A stretch of 64,000 nt of DNA from Paraspadella gotoi (lineage: Eukaryota > Animalia > Chaetognatha), in assembly GCA_051294375.1 (NCBI GenBank), contig CM119267.1:2223869-2287868 (forward strand), given 5' to 3'. Numbering within the stretch: position 1 is the stretch's first letter; each line of letters starts with the position of its first letter. The notes under the pieces were generated by a model. That model ran no database searches. It worked only from the letters and a program-made list of their open reading frames with translations, and had not been told where the DNA came from. The translations under genes were made by a program, and so were the position numbers. Positions 52,553 to 64,000 of this stretch are shown in pieces.

Positions 52553-55281
52553 CTGCCTTCCCTCTTGTCTTCTCCCTCAGCCCCCTTTTCCCTCCGCTCC
52601 CTATTCTGCCTCACCCAAAAGTCTTGACCTCTCCTCGACTTTCGACGCCCCGCCTCGGCGATCGATGACCTGACCTCAACATAACCTCAACCATAACCTC
52701 ACCATAAATCTCGTACGTAATCATTACTCACCAAAATATGACGTCGCTCGAAACCGGAAGAGAAATTATGAACTTCCTCGATCGAGGAGAGAGGAAAGAG
52801 TGCGTGGGGAAAGTAAATTAAGGTAAGTTAATTAAATAAAGGTAAAGTAAGAAAAGGAAAGTAAAGTAAAGTTAAGAAAGGTAAAGAAAAGAAATATTAT
52901 GTAAGTAGAAAAAATGTAAAGTAAAGTAAAAATGAAGTAAAGTTAATTCAAGAAAGATAAATTTAAGTAAAAAATGTAAAGTCAAGTAAAATAAGATGTT
53001 CAGAACGATTAGTATCTTTAAAAATATCTTTCTTGTTCATGAGACAAATCATTGATAAAGACAAATATCGGGCGAATGTTTTTTTGGATAAATGAGGCGT
53101 CTAACTCAATTAAAAGCTACAAATATTTCACATCGAAAACGTTAAGTGAAAAATCTTTTAAAAAAAATCTTAGTCGTCGTCGTTTTTGTCGTTCGTCATA
53201 TCGTTGTTGTTGTTATTGTTATTGTTGTTGTTGTCGTCGTCATTCATCGTTGACGATTCCAACAAAAGTCCTCATCTCTGCCCACATCTCTGCCAAATCT
53301 TTGTCCACATTCACGACCACACACTGTGTGTCAAAGTCTCAACCACAGAAAACGAGATTGTCTCATCCTTCCCCCCCCCTCGGCCTCCTTTCACCCCCTT
53401 CCCCGCTCGATCCCCCCCCCGATCGTCGTCGCATTTTACTCAATTCTGACCTTTCTTTCATTTTCCGATTTCCTCCTTCTCTTCTCCCTCTCCTCCTCCC
53501 TTTCTCCTCTCCTCCTCCTCTCTCCCTCTCTTCCTCCTCTTCTCCCTCTCCTCCTCCTCTCTCCCTCTCCTACTTCTCTTCTCCCTCTCCTACTTCTCTT
53601 CTCCCTCTTCTCCTCCTCTTCTCCCTCTCCTCCTCCTCTTCTCCCACTCCTCCTCCTCTTCTCCTCTCCTCCTTTTATTCATCCCTCTCCTCCTCCACTT
53701 CTCCTCTCTCCTTCTCTTCTCACCTCTCCTCCTCCTCTCTCCTCTTTCTCCTCCTCTTCCCCCTCTCCTCCTCCCCTCTTCCTCCTCCCTTCCTCGCCCC
53801 CTCTCGTCTCCCTCTCTCTCTTTCTCTTCCTCTCCCCCTCCCTCTCTACTTCTCCCTCTTTCCTCGTGATGAATGTTCTTTGAGAAATAGACGGAAAAAT
53901 TATTTGCCATCGACTCTGTCTCGCTATCGCTCTTTGCTTTTCTCTATTCATCCTTCTTTCCTTTTATCTATCTACTATTTTATCTATTATCTATCTATTT
54001 ATCTATCTATCTGTCTGGCTATCTATCATCGATCATCAAACTATCTTTCAATTTATCTATTTAATATCGTCTCTGGTTCTTTGATCTATTAATCTCTCTC
54101 TCTCTCTCCCCCTCTCTCTCTCTCTTTTTTCTCTCTGTCTCTCTCTCTCCTCTCTCTTCTTTCTTCTCTCTCCCCGTCTTTCATTTTTTCTTTCTCTTCC
54201 CGCCCGTCGGATGAAATATTCGATGAAAGGCAAGAAACTGCTTTTCGCTCCGGAGATCGAGAAACTCGGCTTTCCTTCGTCGGAGAGAGAGAGAGAGAGA
54301 AGAGAGGATGGACGCTCCGTTTCGTGAAAGAGCGGACAGGTGAGTTTTTGCTATCGAAGGTCATTCTTCGTGTGGTGAGAGAGAAGAGAGAGAAGAGAGA
54401 AGAGGAGAGAGAGAGAGAGAGAGGAGAGCAGAGAGAGAGAGAGAAGAGAGAGTAGAGAGAAGAGATGAGAGAGAGAGAGAGACGTCTAGACTAAAGTTAC
54501 TCTTTTCCTTTTCCTCTTTGAAAAGGTTGACGCGAACTTAAATGAAATTTGCATACTGACTTGTTCGTTAAACCCAAATAATGTTTTAAGTTAGTAAATT
54601 CAATTACTATGAATTAATGGGAAAAAGATATGATACTTTTTCAGCGTTTAAAAATAATGAACCATAAAATGTTTAACATAATTTTTATATTCATTATAAT
54701 TTACCAGTGAACAAAACTTTGGCATTATCGATTTTTCTCTCAGCGAAAAAAAAGGGGAGAGACCTACGAACCCAAAAATCGAAACTTTTTACGGACCTAA
54801 GGACAAGAAGACCCTGTTTTCCTATTCTGCAGTTCCTTTACCCATGACTTGAGACCTGTTAAGACAAGATTGAAGAACTGAGACCCAAGAGAGAGACCTT
54901 AGAACCACGACTGAACACTCTTGGAGGCAAAACTTAAAAAAGTCAGTTCGATGCGAGACTGAAGGTTTCAATCAATTATAAAAGAAGCCAAAAGAAAATA
55001 TGTGATGTCTCAAAAAATGAATATATCGGAAAACCTAGTCCAAAAACCCGGGAGACCAGGAAGCCTAATAGCTGAAAACCGAAGACCAGACGGGGAATTA
55101 GAGAAGATTATTGACCGCGACCCCAAATCGGCAAATGGTAAGAATCAGGCAAAAAAAAAATGGGCAGAAAAATGGGGCAGATATAAGCCCTCGGAAAAAA
55201 TGCAGTTCTTCTGAGCTCTTGGTGTTCTTTAGAAATCATCTGTCTTTGCCTTTTTGACCGGAACGAGTAAAGGGGGTGGGA

Positions 55282-55357
<76 letters not shown>

Positions 55358-55499
55358 AGAGAGCAAAAGGGCAGAGAAGAAGTTACTCTCTCAGAAATAA
55401 AATCGACGCAAAGAAGAAAAAAAAATATTCAGAAAAGTTTGGATTTTTTTTCTCACAAAAACAACTCAACGCAACGAGGAGAAAATACGACGACGACAA

Positions 55500-55535
<36 letters not shown>

Positions 55536-55712
55536 AGATGACAACGAGGACAAGGGACAAGAATGACAAGAATGACAAGAAGACAAGAATGACAGAGGCG
55601 ACAACAAGTGCATAAAGACAAACAGAACGATAAAGTCTTTAAATCGTTTCTTCAACAGGTAGACTTCTTTGGTTTTGGTTTTGTATTGTGTCAGAGGAGG
55701 AGAGAGAGAGAG

Positions 55713-55756
<44 letters not shown>

Positions 55757-56770
55757 GAGAGGGAGTAATAGAAAGAAGGAGAAAGGCAATGGATTTTGCG
55801 CAGACAAGAACAAACGGCCTACTAAGTTAATGCTCAAATTAGTGCGAAAAGCAATTAAAATCGTTTAGCTGTAATTACGTTTCCTTTTTCCTCCCCGTTT
55901 GTTTTTTCAGTCTTTTAATTGTTTGCGCTTACTTTTGTTTTTTGTTTACGAAAGAATAATAGGCAAAAACCGCGTCCAGAAGAAAAAGGAAAAAAATCCT
56001 TGGAAAAGAGAAAATAAAAGGAAAATGGACCGAAGCAAATTAAGGAAAATAAAAGGAAAAAATGAGTAACATGAAAGGAAAAAGAGAACGGTTAATTCCA
56101 ATGTTTTGTGACTTTTGTTTTTACGTGTATTTCCCTTGATCACGTGATATGACATACATGACATGTCATGGCATGTCTAAAAAATTTCTTTGCCCTATAT
56201 TTATGAACATGCACTGCACCAGTTTTAGGAATGCCTGAAGGCGGCGCTAGCAGTCCCTTAAATTTGATGTTTTTTTCTGTATTACAAAATGAGCAACCAA
56301 CTATAGGCAAATTATATTCATTTTTAAACGTAAAAGGGACAGACAGACGGACGTACATACCGACGACCAACAGACGACGAAAAGTGACGTGAGAAATAAA
56401 ATTATGAAATAAAAAGGATAGGAAATGAAAAAAAAAAATAAAATAGTGAAATAGAAAACATTGAGAAAAAGAGAGTAAAATAGAAAAAAGAAGAAAGAAA
56501 GAATAAAGAGAGAAATCTCTCACGCCGGAGACTCTCGAGTCGAGACGTGACATCTCTATTCCTTATATAATCACGAGAAACAATTGCTGCTTCCCTTTTT
56601 TATTCATCTTTCACTCCTTTCTCTCTCTCCATTCAAGTCTCAAAGTTGACCTCGAGAGTCTGAATTAAAATTCATGAATAAAAAGCAGAAGAAATGGAAT
56701 TGAATCCGAGGCGATGAAAGGGATGGGGAGAGAGGGGAGGGAGGAGGGAGAGGGAGAGAGAGAGAGAGAT

Positions 56771-56809
<39 letters not shown>

Positions 56810-57111
56810 TAAGAGAACCCGATGTATAAAAGGAGAGAATGAAATTCAATGAGAAAAAAGGATAGAATAATCAAAAAGAGAAGAAACGTGGAGAAGGACG
56901 AAGGAGAGAGAGAGAGAGACGAGAGAGAGAGAGAGAAGAGAGAGAGAGAAGAGAGAGAAGAGAGGAGAGAGAGAGAGAGAGAGAGAGAGATCAAAAATTG
57001 AAAAGGACAGCGAAAGTTGTCAGCGATTAAGAAACAAAAGAAATTTTCTTTGTCATTCAATCTTTTTTTTGTGTCTCTCATTAACTCTATGTCCTGATTC
57101 GTTATGTCTTA

Positions 57112-57194
<83 letters not shown>

Positions 57195-59385
57195 CTCTAT
57201 CGGACGTCCGACGCGACGATCAACAATTAAATTAACAAAAGATTCTTTCAACTTTTTTTCTCTTTTTTTCATTTCAAGTTTTTTCTTATTCATTTTTATT
57301 CTAATTTTTTTTTGTCAGGAAGATCAGGATTTTTTTTTTCCGTTAAGGATGAATTGAAAAATAATAATAATAATCATACTAATCATTACAGAAATAAACC
57401 CATATCAATATATATATAATATATATATCAATATCAATAATAAATATTTATTATTTACATTAGTTTTATGTAAATAAAGAGGCTGGAATGGTTTAAACAA
57501 ATATAGTGTTAATTTTAAGTTCAATTGAAACTGTTTCATAATTATGCCATAAAATCAGTCTACCACTTCATTGATAAGAAAGCCAGGTGCTCTGAGAGTG
57601 AATAATCTCGAATGTGAGAGAGTCTTTGATCGAAAGCTTCCAGGGACCTGGTATGTCATTAAATCTATTAAGAGTTGATGAAGGCATTTAACAACCAAAG
57701 TCAGGAGCATGATTCTTAATATTAAACGACGTTCAATTTTCATCTTGCTTATCCCCTCAATTTAATTCTCTTCTCCAAATCTCTCCGCCAGATGCACCAA
57801 CATCCTGACGGCCAAACTGATCGTGGTGGAGCCTCCGGTCTGCATCCCCCAAAACCCAATCCTCGAAGAGAACAGATTCACCTCTTCTCGTGTCAAGTCG
57901 TTTCCTCGAGGGACTCCGACTCACCTCCGTTGGGTGAGAGGTCGGAGCTCGACCCGGCAGCTTGGAGCGAGGGGGCGATTTTATGATCTTTTTTTTTCGG
58001 CGAAGGCGATGGGAAAAGTCGTTGAAGATGTAGAGAGAGAGAGAGACAGAGAGAGAGAGAGAGAAAGAGAGAAGATAGAGAGAGAAAGTGAAAAGCTAAA
58101 GAGAGAGTCACAAGATAGAGAGAGAGAGTCATAAGAAAGATAGAGAGTCATAATATAGAGACAGGGTCATAAGATACAGGGAGAGTCATAAGATAGAGAC
58201 CGAGTCGGAAGATAGAGACAGAGTCATTGTCAGAGTCGTAAGATAGAGAGAAAGTCCGAGATGATTTTCGGTCGAACGATTTCAGAAGAAACTGTTGAAG
58301 TCGCGATGAATAAATTGAATCTGAAAACAAAAATGGATAATTTTTTTTTAAACGGGAGCTAAATAATGGGTTTTTAAAAAAATTTTAATTTTAATATAGA
58401 AAAGTATAAAGAAGAGAAGAAAAATATATTAGGATGAGAGAAAACGATTNNNNNNNNNNNNNNNNNNNNNNNNNNNNNNNNNNNNNNNNNNNNNNNNNNN
58501 NNNNNNNNNNNNNNNNNNNNNNNNNNNNNNNNNNNNNNNNNNNNNNNNNNNNNNNNNNNNNNNNNNNNNNNNNNNNNNNNNNNNNNNNNNNNNNNNNNNN
58601 NNNNNNNNNNNNNNNNNNNNNNNNNNNNNNNNNNNNNNNNNNNNNNNNNNNNNNNNNNNNNNNNNNNNNNNNNNNNNNNNNNNNNNNNNNNNNNNNNNNN
58701 NNNNNNNNNCCGTTCCTTCGCCCGAGCCAGAGTAGAGCGCCCCCTCGGATGTGAAAAAAGGTTTAAGCGCTCAACCGGGGACAACAACACTCTTGGCCCG
58801 AGTGGAGGAAACAGCGAGTGAAACAATCACTACGATCCTTCCGGGTGATTCACCGCGTGAGATTGTGATTGAGAATTGAGATTCGTGGCTGTGAACACAT
58901 TCTCCGCTCGTGGTTGTGACGGGCGCGGGGGGGAGTAGTGAAAATGAGAATTGTGAAAATGGGAGAGAAGATGGAAAAATTTGAGGTGAAGGAGTGTGGG
59001 AAAAAAAGGGGAAGTGGGAAAGGAGAGAGAAGGGGCGAAAGAAGGAAGAGAAGAAAGGAGGAAGGTAAGGGGCAAAAATGGGAAGGAAAGAGGTTCGAGA
59101 TTGGGGTAGCAGGGAACCACCAAAAAGTGGGGTCTGGAGGGGGTGAAGAGAGGCATAAAGGGAAGGGGGTAGGAAAGGACGGACGAGTCAACAGCGAAAA
59201 AAATGTGACTTTCGATTCTATCGACTTTTTTTTTCTTCGAGAGAAAAAAACAGAGTTTTGTTTTTTTTTGGTTTTTTTGTTTTGCTTTTTTTCTTTTTTT
59301 TCTGAAGATAGAAAATCGGAAGAGAAAGTTCGTATTGTGACGCAAGAGGGGGAGATGGGGGGAGAGAGATAGAGAATATTAAAAG

Positions 59386-59452
<67 letters not shown>

Positions 59453-60857
59453 GATTCTTCATCCTTCGACCTCCAACTAAATCGTCTGTCGGTCGAGGAC
59501 ATCGTCAATTGTCGTCGTTGTTGTTGTTGTCGTCGTCATCAAATCTGACACAGTCGACAATTTTCGATAACAACTCCGCATCACTTTGTCAATGTGTCAT
59601 TCACTTTGTCAGTGTGTCATTCACTTCGTCGGTTCATCCATCTTTTTATCTATAGACTCATCGTCTTTATAAGCTTCATCGTTGTCAGCATTATAATCTC
59701 TACTACTTCCTCCTTCTCTCCTTTTTCATTCTCTCATTCTTTTCCTCTTCCTCCTCCTCCTCCTCTTCCTCTTCCTCATCTCCTTCGTTGAACCGAATCG
59801 AAAAAAGCAATTGTCGCTTTCAATCCTCCTTTTTTCCTTTTTTTCTTTTCTCCATCTTTCCTTCCTCTTTCCTCTTTCCTCTTTTTATTTTTATTTCTTA
59901 TTTCCTCTTTCCTCTTTTCATTTTTATTTCTTATTTCCTCTTTCCTCTTTCCACTTTTCATTTTTATTTCTTATTTCCTATTTCCTCTTTCCTCTTTTCA
60001 TTTTTATTTCTTATTTCCTCTTTCCGTTTTTACTTCCTCTCTTTTTTAAGCTTCCATTTTTTTTTCACCGGGCCTTTCTTTCCTTGGAACCAGGCAGGGC
60101 GGAGCAGGGCAGGGCAGGGCCCCGATTTCTTTTGTATTAGATTTCGTTATTTCCATTACTACTTAATAGTACTTATTATACCGCAGACATATGACAGTAC
60201 TTCTCCTTTCCATCTTGTTTTCTTACCTCAAATTCTTAACCTCACCTTTTCTTCCTTACCTTCTCACCGCCTCACTACGGTTTTTCATTTTTAATTCATT
60301 GTTTTCATTTTTTTTTAAATCCAACTAACTCCGGTTTTTTAAAATTTTTTTTCTCAATTTTTCTTTTTTTTTTTNNNNNNNNNNNNNNNNNNNNNNNNNN
60401 NNNNNNNNNNNNNNNNNNNNNNNNNNNNNNNNNNNNNNNNNNNNNNNNNNNNNNNNNNNNNNNNNNNNNNNNNNNNNNNNNNNNNNNNNNNNNNNNNNNN
60501 NNNNNNNNNNNNNNNNNNNNNNNNNNNNNNNNNNNNNNNNNNNNNNNNNNNNNNNNNNNNNNNNNNNNNNNNNNNNNNNNNNNNNNNNNNTGTGAAAAAA
60601 AAAACAAATGAGTTTTTTTTTCATTTTTTCTTTTTGAAATTAACCACGAATCACGAATTCAGATGCGAACAGATTTTGTGAAATGAAAAGTTTATGAGTT
60701 GAAAAAGTGAAATTCGGTTTCACGCTAGTGATGTGTAATCATACGATTTCTCCTAATCAGATGTGAATATTAAATATCGAATTTAAGAATTGTGCCATTA
60801 TGATCAGCTGATTTCATGTATAAACTCTTTATTTTAATTTGAATTTAACAGTGATAT

Positions 60858-60892
<35 letters not shown>

Positions 60893-61417
60893 NNNNNNNN
60901 NNNNNNNNNNNNNNNNNNNNNNNNNNNNNNNNNNNNNNNNNNNNNNNNNNNNNNNNNNNNNNNNNNNNNNNNNNNNNNNNNNNNNNNNNNNNNNNNNNNN
61001 NNNTCTCTCATGATCTTTGGATCTCCATGCGGTCATGAGCCTGACCTTAACTGACCAATTAAGCGGACACGTCCGCAGCAGCATCGACGGCGGCGGCGGC
61101 GGCGGCGTCTGCTGCGAGAGACCAACCTTCTGAAACTCTTCTTCACTTTCCGATTTTCTACATAATTTTCAGCAATATTTTTTTATCTCCTAATTTTTGA
61201 ATTCTAATGTTAATCAAAATTGTTGAGAGGAACTCAATTCCCTCCTTTCTTCCTCCCCCTCTTCCTCCTCCCTTTCTCCCTCCCTTCTTCCTCTTCCTCC
61301 CCCTCTTCCTCCCCCCTTTCTCCCTCCCTACCTCTCCCCTTCCCTTTTCAACCAAAATCGTAAAACGAAGAAAAAAAAAAGAAACTTGGAATTTTCGCGA
61401 TGAGATCGAGTTTTTTA

Positions 61418-61515
<98 letters not shown>

Positions 61516-62258
61516 GTGAGTGGTCAGTTGCCATGGGTAACGGGTCATGGGTTACGGGTCAAGGGGGCCGATTCTTGCTCCGAGTTCGTTGACCCTCGTC
61601 GATGTTCGGTCGTTGGATTCTTATCATTTTGAGTCTTGAGGGCAAAAAAGTCCGAATCGTTTCCGTCTCATTTGAGTGGCATTTGAGTGGCATTCGAGTG
61701 GCATTTGAGTGGAATTTGGGTGGCATTTAAGAGGAATTTGAATTCTCACCAATCTAAATTAAAAAAAAAACTTATCCATTAATTCAATAAATAAACTATC
61801 TTGCCTTTGATTATGAATTTTTTTATGAGATTGAAAAGCAAAAGTGCAGCTTCTTAATTTCAGTCGTACAGCAATATAACGAAATCCTTTCTGCTCATCA
61901 GCTCTGTCTTGTAATGCAGTCAAATTTGTGAATGCGAGAATTTAGGCCCATTTCAATGATGCTCTCCTTTTGACACACACTTCGGCGTCACTGCAGTCTT
62001 TATGGCCTCTGTAGTCTTTCTGGCCTTAGCTGTCTTTCTGCCTCTGCAGTCTTTCTGGCCTCTGCAGTCTTTCTGGCCTTAGCTGTCTTTCTGCCTCTGC
62101 AGTCTGCACTCTGCAGTCTGCAGTCTATCTGGCCTTTGCAATCGATCTGCACTTTGTATTATCTTTGGCCTTTTTTGGCCTTTTCTGGCCTTTAAATGGC
62201 TTGCATTTCTTCGCTTTTCCTTAAATCGTTCTCTCTTCGCGCTCTTTAATTCCTGCGC

Positions 62259-62305
<47 letters not shown>

Positions 62306-63011
62306 CCCCACAATGCGGGTCTCTGGAGAAAAGGTGGCCAACACATTAACACCATCGTTCTCGTTTAGTGCAGTAGATAAAGAGAATTGCTCTACGACCG
62401 GTAGGGGGCCCGACAAGGCGACAACGACGACGATGACGACGACGACGAAGACGACGGTGACGACGACGACGACGCTAGACTTTGTACGTAAATTTTGGAT
62501 TTGCGAATTTGATTCCCGCAATAAAATGCGTTTTCACCTTTGTAGCTCTTTATTGAAATTATTAGCATAATTATTATATCAATATCATCACATCGAAAAC
62601 AATGGCAAAGTGTCAACAATGCTGACAAGGATTTAACTTAAAACAACCGACAACGATGATGAAAGAGGCGGAAAAGATGACAGAAACGACGACGAAAACA
62701 ACGACGACATTGAATATAAAGCAAAGAACGCGGATGAAAGTGACGCGTCCAACCCATAATTTACATTTCACTGTTTTTACAATGGGATTTTAATTGTAAT
62801 TAGTCGATGTTGTCAGAACAGAAGGCTTCCTGTTGCGAGTTTAAGCGTCGCCTCTTCGCATGGCGTGCGAGTTTAAACGTGTTGTGACATGTTGAGGCGT
62901 GTCTCGAACTGTCGTGGAGTGGTTTAACGAGTTTTAACATGTTTAAGGTGAGTTGTGACGAGTCGTGGCGAGTAAGAACGCATGGTGGATAAAACATGTT
63001 TTAATGTTGAG

Positions 63012-63113
<102 letters not shown>

Positions 63114-64000
63114 AAGAGAACGCGACAGAGAGAGACCGCAGCAGTCCAAACGTGTTCTTTTTAAAATTGACCTGATGAATCACTGAACCGGGAAATTAAA
63201 TTTTTAAAATAAAAAAAATAAAAAAAAGGACTCCCCTCCTCTTCTCTCCCCAAGAAAAAAAGAAAAAAAAAACCTAAAATTGAATCAAAGTCAAAATTAT
63301 CGAATTTTTACTCTGAATTGGATGAAAAAAAAAGAGCAGCGGCGGCGGGGCTGCGGCGGCAGCAACGCGGCAGCGGCGAAGATGATATGCAAATTAAATC
63401 GATAATTCGACCGAAAAATGGCGTTTGGGGTAGAAAAATTGAGGGCGTGGGGGGGGGGGCGGGAGTGGGAATAAATTGGTGGAGGGGGGCGGAGGTAAGT
63501 TTAAGCGCGAAGGAAGATGGAATAATGGAAGACAATTGGGGCAGGGAGAATGGGTATTTGCTGCGTGTTAACGAAATGGGGTTAGAGTGTCCAGATTTTG
63601 ATATGAAAAAAAATTGATTAACTTATTTCCGTTATGGACCTCTGACAACGACTTGCGACGACAACCTCCAAAAACCTCAATAATCTAAATCTCTATTTAC
63701 GAAATCCAAACACAACCCCCAAACAGGAACTGAAATGTCGACCTCTCACTTCAACCTTTATCGACGAGTTCCAAAATCCTCTAATGACGACCTTTAATGA
63801 CGACCTCTAATACCGACCTCTCATGACGACCTCTCATGACGACCACGTCGAATCCTCGAACCAACTTCAGCCAGCGTCAATCAAAAATCCTAATCTCGAC
63901 TTAAAACTTTCGATTCCCACGAAGTCAGGTTCGGTAAACAAAATAAGCGAAGGACAAAAGACGAAGTAAACGGAATGAAATACTGAGAGGGAGAGGGAGG

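Overview
Repeat-rich animal-type genomic DNA from a gapped draft scaffold: AT-rich introns, GC-rich small exons, many (GA)n, (GAC)n and (GTTT)n microsatellites, and 25-N gaps. The main content is one spliced minus-strand gene spanning about 44.4 kb to 8.85 kb, reconstructed by hand as 14 exons with GT-AG boundaries. Most junction phases match; three rest on noisy or gap-spanning sequence. It encodes an immunoglobulin-superfamily type I membrane protein: hydrophobic leader, V-set Ig, C2-type Ig, two atypical Ig repeats, TM helix plus RRR, and a cytoplasmic tail ending in an EF-hand pair that recalls the C-terminus of C1orf87. Two very large inverted duplications (about 7.6 kb and 10-12 kb arms) mirror parts of the gene. 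Their right arms are indel-rich and both abut 25-N gaps, so they are probably long-read gap-filling artefacts. Also present: tRNA-derived SINE candidates, DINE-1/HINE-like elements, a hammerhead-like palindrome, and minisatellites that duplicate splice donors. Almost all long ORFs in the supplied track are repeat artefacts. No database searches were run; family assignments come from motifs and recollection.
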